Shown here: piece by piece, positions 26,998-39,200 of the stretch
Numbering within the stretch: position 1 is the stretch's first letter
How the letters are laid out: every line of letters starts with the position of its first letter
Origin: Octopus sinensis
Taxonomy: Eukaryota
Reading direction: 5' to 3'
Assembly: GCF_006345805.1 (NCBI RefSeq)
Contig: NC_043005.1
Span: 74,772,001-74,836,000 of the forward strand
Length of the DNA stretch: 64,000 nucleotides
Notes under the pieces: generated by a model
What the model saw: the letters and a program-made list of their open reading frames with translations, nothing else
The model's database searches: none
What the model was told of the DNA's origin: nothing
Position numbers and translations under genes: made by a program

Positions 26998-29900
26998 GGT
27001 GTGCGTGTACGTATACATATATATATATATATGTATATGAATACATACATTTACAATCAATTTTGTTTCAGATGAGAGAGATCAACTACATTATTCAGAA
27101 TGCTTCAGATACTTCACTAATAATAATTGATGAGCTCGGTCGAGGTAAGAAGAGCAGGTGTTATTTGCCATTAAATGCCTGGATGTTATGATTTCTTTTG
27201 CTTTCTTCATCATCATCATCATCATCTGCTTTGTCATTGTCATCATTACTGTTACCATCATCATCATCATCATTTTTATGTTTATTTGCCTTGCACAGGT
27301 TGGATGAGGCCTTCTTCAGTACAAATCTCACCACAAATTGTGGACTTTTGATCATCTTCTTCATCACTTCTTACCATCTCTTCCTCAGGCTGCCTCTTCC
27401 ATTGGCATGGTCAGCAGGAAAGTGCATACAGAATAGTTTCATTGCTCTACAAGTATCTTGGACAGGTTCAGCTGACAGCACTTCCATGCCTGTAGAACTG
27501 GCAATACCCCTCAATAGCGGGTATTGCTCTTGAATGAGAAAGAAAATCCCTTTGTTGACAGAAGAGATATTAGCTCCCAGAACTTCATCTACCCTGTTCT
27601 TATATTGGCTGCTATATTTTGGAGAACCCACCTTTGTTGCTACTTAGTTCATATTGGGTAACAGAAGATATCAAATATCTCTTGGGGACATTCTTAGCAA
27701 TTGAAAGAATTTATTTCATCAATGTACTTCCACTGAACTACCCCTGTGCATTTACTACTTATGAAGCCTTTTTTTATTTTCTCTTTGCCTCCTTTTGATC
27801 CCATACATCTTTTGAACATCATAATTTACAGTTTCTCTTTTACTCTCCCCAATGACATCTTGCTTCATAATGGTACACTGCCCTTTTGCAATCCAGAACT
27901 TGTAGCACCTCTGATCCTCTTGTTACAAAGCACTAGAACATTGGCAACCTTCTTACGTTCATATTCTTCCATGCCTATTATATCTGATATCTGGTTTCTC
28001 TTCTGGCTAATTAATGTTGCTTCCTGCCACCCATTGTTTTCTAATCTTTCCAGACTTGTCTCTTGATTTTTACTGCTCTGTTTATTGTACCATTTCACTG
28101 CCTTATTACATCATGCTACTTTTTATTTGGCCAGAACCTAGATCCAACTATTGTATGTTGTTCTGTAAAAACACCTTATTTGTATATATGTCACCTAGAA
28201 CTTCTCTCAACCTTTGTCTAACAGTGGGGTCCTTGAGCATAATCCTATGAACCCGGAAAAATTTAAAACAGAGAGTTACTTACTTGCAAATAAATGTGTT
28301 AACATGTGACATTATTGACTGAGGTTACCATGGTCTTTTCCGTAGGCTTTTCTTTCCACAGATAAATTTTATCTGCTTCCCCCTTTACACTTTACACCAT
28401 GACATTTCTGTGATACACGATCCCTATTGATCTTTTTTTTTCTTTCCTTTTTACAATCCCTTTTGATCGAAAACCTACCCCACTTTTTTTTTACTCTCTC
28501 CAAAAAGAAAAGCTCTACTTTGTAATTTATTTCGTCTGTGTTCAGCCCTGTGTAGCTAATAAAGAAACATAACAATGGGGTCTTTCAGCTCCCATACCTT
28601 CCTTCTCTCCAAATTTTCTCATGTTTTCAGGCAAGTCTCACTCTAGTGCCACCAATCACCATCTCTATGTTCTTGGATATATTCTTTACCTAAGAAAAGC
28701 TATGCACTTACAATTATCTGTCTATCCAATTTCCTGATATGTATGAAGTCTATCTAGATTCAGTATTCGGCTGATTGGTAGTTGACCAGATGGCTGACAA
28801 GTCTCTTGAAATTAGTGTTGTAACTGATTAGGTCATTTGCATCACTAAGTCCAAGAGTTTTGTTCCTTCATCATTTCTTGTGTTATGTCCATAGCTGCTA
28901 TATATGCAGGTGTAACCATCATGGTATTACTCAAATATCCATTAAAGTCCTCCCTTTTGATAATGAAATCACAAAAATGGTTTTAAATATTGTACTTAAA
29001 ACTATGTCAGGCTCTGTCTCATGACTCATTCAACAGCTTCACAATAAAAATGCAGTAAAAATCGTTTTTATACTGTTTACATTATTTCATATTTTCCCAT
29101 CAGCTATATAAATTAGAAAGAAAGAAATTTATTCACTATCATCATCATCGTCATTCTCATTTAACATCCATTTTCCATGCTGGCATGATATGTATATAAT
29201 CTTTTTTACTTTAGGCACAAGGCCTGAAATTTTGGGGGAGGGGACCAGTCAATTAGATTGACTCCAGTACGCAACTGGTACTTAATTTATCAGGCAGCGA
29301 GCTGGCAGAACCGTTAGCACGCCGGGCGAAATGCGTAGCTGTATTTCGTCTGCCGCTACGTTCTGAGTTCAAATTCCGCTGAGGTTGACTTTGCCTTTCA
29401 TCCTTTTGGGGTCGATTAAATAAGTACTAGTTACGCACTGGGGTCGATATAATCGACTTAAACCATTTGTCTGTCCTTGTTTGTCTCCTCTGTGTTTAGC
29501 ACCTTGTGGGTAGTAAAGAAATAGGTACTTAATTTATCAACCCTGAAAGGATGAAAGGCAAAGTCAACTTCAGCGGAATTTGAACTCAGAATATAAAGAC
29601 ATGAAATACTGCTAAGCATTTCGCCCGACATGCTAACGTTTCTGCCAGCTCACCACCTTATGATATGTATATAATAAACAACAATAATATATAACCATTG
29701 TAGTGTGAATATAAAAAAAATAGGAAATAATGACAATGATCAAACAAACATTCTCATACTTACTGTAGCTTTTCACAATTTCCTGTTCATTGTTCTGGGA
29801 AATAGTGAATACATTTTTAGTATTAAATACACAGGTGACCTAAGGATGAAAGTAGTCATATGTAGCTGTAACACTACTTGAAAATATGTTACACTTTTGA

Positions 29901-32900
29901 GCAAAAACAAAAACTTACGAAATTTTTTCAGGATCTGCTGAAAAACTTGGTGATACAAATTTTGATTACATGCCTGAGAAAAGGCAACATTTGAAGGCAG
30001 CTCCCATTGTATTCTGTATGGCTTTAGTACAAACAGTATTACCATCTTAATACCATCATGATTATCATCAGCAGCATCAATAATATTGGCAAGCCTTGGT
30101 CTCTTTATATTTTGAGAATTATAAAAATAAATGTTGGAGTATTTGTGAACACTTATTCATTTTAGAAAATTTGTAGAAATTTTGCTTTCCTTGTATTGGG
30201 TGGCTGTGTGGTAAGTAGCTTGCTTACGAATCACATGGTTCTGGGTTCAGTCCCACTACGTGGCACCTTGGCCAAGTGTCTCCTACTATAGCCTTGGTAT
30301 GCGTTGTGGTGCTATCTTGTTGGAACCATAGATCATCCAGATTATAATCAGTGAGTAACTGGATGACTTCTGGATGGAGAAGCCTTTTGAGCAGTGCACA
30401 ATAATGGTCTGATGTAACTGTTACTGTAACACTTTCCTCTTCGAAAAAATAAGGACTCCACATGCTGAAATCACCCATGGCACACCAGACAATAACCATG
30501 GTACTAGAGAGTGGTCATTCATGGGATTCACAAGGGTTATTGTCTGACTGGTATCGAAAGTTTTGTTTATTAACCATCCCTGCTAAGTGGAAGTGTATTT
30601 CATCACTGCAGATCAGAACAGCTGCTGGGAGGAGGATCTGGAGAATGACTTGGCACAAAGTTGTGCAGGTTTCATAATCCCTCTTGCTTGACTCCTGTAC
30701 AACCATTATCTTGTGGGGATGTATGTGGAGAGACCTGTGTAAGATTCTGCAGACACTTCGATTTTACATGTGTAAGGCAGATGCTTCTGACTTATTTTAG
30801 CAAATAAAATAATTTGCTAGGTGAAGTCTTCGTCAACAGGTATGCCAAGGTACGCCAGGTATGTGTTTATGTTTAATCTTGGCATACCTGTTGACAAAGA
30901 CTTCGCCTAGCAAATTATTTTACTTGCTAATATAAGTCAGAAACAATGGTCCAGGAAATAGATGATAAATGTTTTTATTTTTCATTTCCTTTGAGAATTT
31001 ATCCCTAATTAGTGGTTTGGACTTTAGCTGTTCCTTCAAGCATAAGGGAGTACTATGATAGAAACCTCTTAATGTGTTTAAATGTACACTGTATTTTATG
31101 TATGTATGTGTGTATATAATTGATGACCTGATATCACATAATGTATGTTTGTTGTTAAATGTTTTTTGGCTGTGTTATTTCGTCTAGGGACTTTGCTTCA
31201 AGAGTAAATTGAATATACAACACCAATGAGCTGAAATAACAGTGAAATATCATTATCTGTCATTCTTGTTCACCTCCAGGGTGATTCATTTTGCCTGGCT
31301 TTCAATACACTGTGTCTTTATAAAGGGACTTTCTTTGGGTGAAATATCGCAGCCAAAAAGCATTTTACAACACACCTACATTAAGTGCATGGCATCAATA
31401 ATGTTTACATTACAGAGCTGCTTGTAACTCAAAATCTGAATTATATTTTACTTGTACAGCACTGTTGCACATCAGCAGAGTGCTGCTGGACTGGCTCCTG
31501 TGCAGGTGGCACGTAAAAATCACCATTTGAGTGTGGCCATTGCCAGTACCATCTGACTGGCCCTCGTTCCGTTGGCACGTAAAAGCACCCACTACACTCT
31601 CGGAGTGGTTGGCATTAGGAAGGGCATCCAGCTGTAGAAACACTGCCAGATCAGATTGGAGCCTGGTGCAGCCATCTGGTTCACCAGTCCTCAGTCAAAT
31701 TATCCAACCCATACCAGCATGGAAAGCTGACGTTAAACGATGATGATGAGGAGGAGGAGGAATATATATTTCAGGCTAGCAATTTAAATTTGTTTTGAGG
31801 GTAAAATGAGAGTATAGTATTGATGAGCTGAAATAACAGCAAAATATTGACATCTGTCATTCTTGTTCACTTCTGGAGCAATTCATTTCACCCAACTTTG
31901 AAGTATGCTGTGTTTTTTAACACTCTACATCTTTAAAAGGATTTTCTCTATAAAAAGCTGCAAAAACGTGTTTAACAACACACATATATTAGTTTCAAAT
32001 TTTGGTACCCAAGGCCAGAAAGTTCTGGAGAGGACCCTAACACCCAACTGCTACTTATTTTATTGAATCCCTAAGAATGAAAGGCAAGGTCATTGTTGGC
32101 AGAATTTGAACTCAGAACATAAAGACAGACAAAATGCTTCTAAGCATTTTGCTTGGCATGCTAAAAATTCTTCCAGCTCACTGACATATTAAGTATGTGA
32201 CATTGTAGAACTACATCTAACACAAAATTTGAATACACACACACACACACACACACACATTCACATATATATTAAAGAATACTGAATTATTCATTATAAC
32301 ATAATTGTTCTTCATTTCAAAGTATCTGGGCATAACTTTTGGATGTATCGAAATGAATTTTATTATTCTTGCTTTTAAAGGAACCAGTGTCAAAGAAGGC
32401 TTGGGAATTTGTTATGCAATATGTGAATATCTTTTGAGTACAAAGGTATGAATAATTGTTATATAATTTTTAGGGCAAAATATGAGACAATATATTACTT
32501 GATCCTGACAGTGTAGACTTATTTTTTTCATTAAGCTGCATGTATTTACTTTTTCCCCTGTAAAAAGATTTGTGCATGGTCTGATCAATAAGTATCCGGA
32601 CTGTTGGCATAGTAATGATGCTAAAGCAAGCAGAGTGAAGTTGCTTGGCACAGATTGATCTTGAACACTGCTGTGTATGCACACCAAGTTTTAACATTCT
32701 AGCTCACTTCCACTGTTTACAGTAGTGCTTGGAAGGGAGCTGTGTAGCGTGTGATCATTGCATTGACCACGACAAAGCTGAGCAGAGAATTTGCATCAAA
32801 TTTTACCAAAAGCTTGGTGATACCTGCTCAAAGACCTATAGTTTACAAACAGTTTTCATCGTTCTCAACAAAATCAAGGAGATCTTGTGCAACTGAAACT

Positions 32901-34669
32901 CGAATGTCTTTTTGGTCAACTGCAAATTGTTTTGGCACAAACTTGGCAGATATGCATTTCATACCCAAATCTTCAGTGATAATGGACTGAACTGAACTGT
33001 AACTAATCTGCACATCCTCTGATAACTTATGGATAGTGATTCAATGATTTCCCCTCACAGCTGCAAACACATCTGCAATGTTTTTCTCAGTTCTGCTGGT
33101 TGCAGGTCTCCCAGAATGTTTGTCAATATCCACATTTTTTTGGCCATCTTGGAAACATCTGAACCACTCATACACTTGTGTGTGGCTCATACATTTCTTT
33201 CCATACACTTTCTGCAATTTAGTGTAGGCCTCTGAGCAGGTACTGCCATGACAACTTTCTCTATCATAGTCAATGCAACGATCACACGCTACACACCTTC
33301 CTACCAAGTGCTACTGTAAACAGTGGAAATGTGCTAGAACATTAAAACTTAGTGTGCATGCACAGCAGAGTTCAAGGTCAATTTTTGCAAAGCGGCTTCA
33401 CTCTGTGTGGTTTAGTTTTATTACTATGGCAACAGTCCAGATACTTGTTGATCAAACCTCGTATATAGGCATGACTGTGCTGTTAAGAATTTTACTTCCC
33501 AGCCATGTGATTCGGTGTTTGATATCACCATGTAACATGTTGGGCATGTGTTCTACTACAGCTTTGGTTTGAGTCTGTAGAAATGTGGGAACAATATTTC
33601 ATAGATGGAAAATGTGTGGAAATCACCTATACACACCTTGAATGGTTTAGTTGAACAGACCAATCCCAGTACTTATGTTTTGTAAAGTTCTCGTGCTTGT
33701 TCCATCGATTCCTTTTGCTGAATTGCTAAGTTACGAGACATAAACAAGCCAACACTTGTTATCAAGTGGTATTGGGGGATAAGTACAACACAATGACACA
33801 CATAGATAAAGAATTATATATGAACAACACACTTTTTTCAGTTTCCATCTACCAAATTCATTCACAGGGCATTATTGGTCAGCTTGTGTCTATAGTAGAA
33901 GACACTTGCTGAAGATGCCACACACTGGAATTGAATCCCAAACCATGTGGTTTGGACATAAGATTCTTACCACACAGCCACACCTAAACCTATTATATCC
34001 ATGCCTGCTCCTATTTCTATTTGTAAATTACTTTGGTTGCCTCAAAAGAAATTCAGGGTTTTCACTTAAAATTAGTTTAATGTTAAATGGTTTTTTACTA
34101 CAAAAATTGTTTGTACATAAATTTATTAACTATGTCTCATTATTTTACAGGCTATAACACTTTTTGTTACCCACTTTATGGAATTGACTAATCTTGATGA
34201 AGTTTATCCTAATGTTGAGAAGTAAGTATGTTTCTGTCTCTCTCTCTCTCATTCTTTGTTCCTTTTAATATCATGTCACAGTTATAAAATTGAAAGATGT
34301 GCAAACATAGGCGCAAGTGTAGCTCTGTGGTCAAGAAGTATGCTTCCCAACCGTATAGGTAGATTAGGTAGATGCAAACTGAAGGAATCCTATTATGTGT
34401 GTGTGTGTGTTTGGGGGTTGGCATATCCCTTGTCTTTATTGATGATGGTTGTATGTATATATATATATATATTTTTTTTTTCTCTCCTTTTTTTTCTCTC
34501 CTTTTTTTCTCTCCTTGTTTCTCTCCTTGTTTTTTTCTGTGTATCTTTCTGTAGAAGAGCGTAGGGTCGAAACATAAAAGACTTTTTCTATTCCTGAGCG
34601 CTATACTAATACATCTGTTTGTTTGTACACCACCTGCCTTCGTCTTTTGTTTATTTTCATAAACTTTCC

Positions 34670-34713
<44 letters not shown>

Positions 34714-35568
34714 GGAGAGAGGGGTACCCTGCAGTGAGACTGAACCCAGAACCATGTGATTGAGGAGCAAACTTTCTTTCTACTCTAGGCACAAGGGCCT
34801 GAAATTTTTGAGGGAGGGGACCAGTTGATTAGATCGATCCCAGTATGCAACTGGTACTTAATTTATCAACCCCGAAGGGATGAAAGGCCAAGTTGACCTC
34901 GGTGGAATTTGAACTCGGACATGAAGACAGATGAAATACTGCTAAGCATTTTGCCCGGTGTGCTAAAGTTTCTGCCAACTTGCCACCTTTAAGGAGCAAA
35001 CTTCTTACCACACAGCCACACCTATACCTATAAATTCATGTATCCTTCGCTTTTTCTTGATATCAGGTACTAATTATAAACAAATATCACCACTTTTGAT
35101 TAAATTTTTTTCTGAAAAATATTTTATCCTATATTAGTAGTAGATTTATTACCATTCACTTAGGGACTGGTAACCACTATAAACTGTGGTTCAGAATAGT
35201 TCACATGTGTGCTGAGGCTAGCTAAAAGATTTTACATTCATTTCTTATCGTATTTTCTACTGAAGAGGGAAGGATCCATAGGATTAATCTTGAAATTGAT
35301 TCAATATAGAAATAATGAACTTTTTTAAAAAAATAAAAATTCTGTTAGCTAGCTTTCCTCGATTTCAGCACAACATGTATTTATAGTGATTGTAAAATGA
35401 AATGTGGAAATTAACGATTTAATGTCTGTTCTCAGCATATTGACATGGAAATAATTTTTCTTTTGCTCTTGTTTATAAGTTGTTTATAATTTTAACCTTT
35501 AAAAGTATTTTAATATGCTGCCACCTTTGATGAAAGTTTTTTCTGAAAAAAATTTTATCCTATATTAG

Positions 35569-35599
<31 letters not shown>

Positions 35600-36186
35600 T
35601 TAAAATAAGATAAAATCTTTATAAGAATTTATCAAGTAGTCAGCTTGAAAACCTCATAAGGGAAGAATTTATAGTTATTCCCCTTAAATATATTTATTTA
35701 CATTAAAGGCATTACTACATGTAAATGCCTCATGCTATTAGGGACTCATAAAATCAAAACTACCATAATAAATACACAGTGTACCGAATGCGAGGGAATG
35801 CAACTTTTGAAGCCAACCCTTAAAAACAGATAGTTTTAAAGGGTTGGCTTCAAAGGTTGCATTCCCCCATGTTTGGTACATTGTGTATTTATTACGGTAG
35901 TTATGACTTTAAGAGTCCCTCATAGCATGGGGCATTTATGTGTAGTAATGCCCTTAATGTATATATATATATTGGTAATTATGTGGATAAACGAATTAGA
36001 TATTTTAAATATAACAGTTGTATATTCACATAACTGCCTCTATATCTGCTCAACTTGATCCTTCTTATAGCCACTCTTTACTCCATGGAATTGATCCCCT
36101 GTAAAGACATAGTAGTCTAACTATGAATCATTTAAATGCTACTGCTACTGTCTTCTATACTCAGCATCTCTGGATCTCATCCATGG

Positions 36187-36233
<47 letters not shown>

Positions 36234-39200
36234 GTATGTATTATATTATATTATATTATATGACTAGTATACACACACACACACACACACACACATACAC
36301 ACTGCTGTACATTATTTTCTAACAGTTTGACTTGGCTCCATACAACTTAGGACTCATCAAATGAATCTGTCTCCTCAGTATTGTTGAGACCGAATGAGAC
36401 ATATCCAAGATGACTTCCAGATGTTGGACTATATATAGTTTTATAGCATTAATAACCATTTCCTTTTTGTTTTAAGTTTATCCGTGTCCAGTTATATTTA
36501 TCATCCAACTGATATGATCCACCTGATAATGTAATTATTTATATAGCTATGATAAGAATGAAAATAATATGAAATTGTATGATATGCTTCAGGAGATCTC
36601 TGAATTTATCTCGTGTCTTTGTTTGTTTGTTTGTTTGTTTGTTTGTTTGTGTGTGTGTGTTTGGGTATATGTGTTTGTATATGCATGCATGTATTTGTGT
36701 ATGTGTTTGCAAGTGTGTGTGTTTGTGTGCCTGTGTGTTAGTGTTTGAGAGAGAAAGAGAGTGTGTGTGTGTTTGTATTGTGTATGTGTGTGTGTTTTTA
36801 CGCTTGTGAATGTATGGTGTATGTATTCAGTGTTTGTGTATGGTGTTTGTGATTTGTGTGTGTATGTGTAAGTCTACAGGTGTTAGTGTTTGTATACAGG
36901 TATGGTTGTGTTGTGTGCATGTGTATTTTTACATGTGTGCATGTACAATGTATGTATACAGTGTATAGTGTGCTTTGTGTGTGTGTCTACTATAATTAAA
37001 TTATGAGATAACCATAAATTATTTGGTTAGGTAATATATATAAAAAAATGCATGTATTTTCGTGTTTTGTTGCTGTTTTAATTGTTGTTTAGCCCAGGTC
37101 ATCCATGAGAAAGCATACCTACAATCCAAGATATTCCATTTGTGACCCTCCCTACCATATTTATAGACATAGTTTACCAAGAGCCACATTATCCAATATG
37201 TCCTCTTTTTTACAAGATGGCATTTGAGAGAGATGCTGTAGATATTTGTAACTGATCTAAATATTATGTATATTTCTTTATTACCCACAAGGGGCTAAAC
37301 ACAGAGGGGACAAACAAGGACAGACAAAGGTATTAAGTTGATTACATCGACCCCAGTGCGTAACTGGTACTTAATTTATCAACCCTGAAAGGATGAAAGG
37401 CAAAGTCGACCTCGGCAGAATTTGAACTCAGAACATAACGGCAGACGAAATACGGCTACGCATTTCGCCCAGCATGCTAATGTTTCTGCCAGTTCACCGC
37501 CTTAAATCTAAATATTATGTAGATCCACCTATCCCATTATTGGTTAATGTCAGTGAGTCAAGCCACAATTTTTTTTATTTTCCTGCATTTCTCAAAATGG
37601 AAGAAGAGCCACTATCTAACCCCGAAACAAAGCTCTTTCATTAGAATTTAGTCCACATCAATAGGGCCATCATGTACGTATGTGTGTACAGATGAAGGCA
37701 CATGGCTTAGTGGTTAGGGCAGTCGGCTCATGATCATGATGTCATAAGTTCAATACCTGGTGGTGCATTCTTTCCTCAAGCAAGATATTTTGTTTCATGT
37801 TGCCCTAGTCCACTCAGCTGGTAAAAATGAGTAGTGCCTCTATTTTAAAGGGTTGGCCTTGTTACATCCTGTGTCATGCTAAATCTTCCAGAAAACTAAA
37901 CTACATTAACAGTATGCATGTCTTTGGAGTGCTCAGCTAATTACACATTAATTTCATGAGCAGGCTGTTCCATCGATTGGATCAACCAGGACACTCATCA
38001 TCGTAACCAATGGAGTACCAGTTATGTATGGACCTGCATACATAACTACATACTGGCTGTCAACTTGTAAACAAGTATGACCATCACTGATTAATTATCT
38101 TATCCTAGATGTTAAAGACAATGGCTGTCAGCAATCATTGCTGAAATTTAAAGTCAATAACAGCTTGCACAACAATGCTAAGACTCTCACCTACAAAGTG
38201 AAGTAGTCCAGAAACAAACAAAAGCAAGATCTGTGGCATCATAATGAGGCAGGTGTTATTTTGGAATTTCCTTTCCTTCTATGTAAATTGAGGTAACGAC
38301 CCTTCCAGTGGTCTATCATGTATGGAGATATTACATCTGGTATATCTTGGTCCTCGCACAGAAGTGGGCATAGCAAAAAGAAGAATCAGTCGACATCATT
38401 GGATGCAAATGAAGTCACAGATGTTATATCAAAGTTTTCCTTCTCCTATAAAGATGTCTAAATAAGTTTAGGGGTCTCTCACTCGTATCTGTTGGACGGC
38501 CGATGTCCCTACTGAGTTCATCCATTTTTTGACAGATATTACTTTTTGTCCTGCATAGTCTCTAATAGAGTTGCTGGTTTAGTCACCGATAGCCCAGTCA
38601 TGCAACAAGTTGTAATGGGTTACTTGTTACTAGTAAACAACAAGTTACCTGACATGACATGCGAACACACACACACACACACACACATTGTTGACTAAGT
38701 TCAAACAAAAGAGACTTGTTTTTCGGTTAGAAATTGAATCTCTCATTACTAAAAATAATAATAATGAAATTAATTGTATACAGTGCTCAGGTGCACTACA
38801 ACTTGTCAGAAAGTGCATATAATACATGCAGTAATGTAGAAATGTCTGGAAAGCGAACAATGTATGAGTCAGATACATGCTTGTGTGTGTATGGAGGGGA
38901 GAAAATCAAGTGTAGTGTTGGCGAATCTCAGGAAGCATGGAAGTTTTGAAGGATGCAGTGCTCCGACAACTAACAACTGATGCCGGCAGTTTGTTCCATG
39001 CTTCAGCAACTCTCAGCGTGAAAAAATGTTTCCTGAAGTCATGGGAGCTGTGCTGTTTTCTTTTCTTACTTTGTAAATATGTCAACAGGTGTTAGATGGG
39101 TGGAGTTTGAAAAGGTGCTCAAATTTATTGTTTGTACGATGGTTGATAATTTTATGGGTGTCTGCCAAGTCAGCTGCCAGACGTCGGAGTTTCAATGTGT

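Noticed and set aside
31188-31210. Candidate acceptor cgtctag|GGACT for the exon after DELGR
   Set aside because: In-frame TAA after six codons; the correct exon is 32381-32445.
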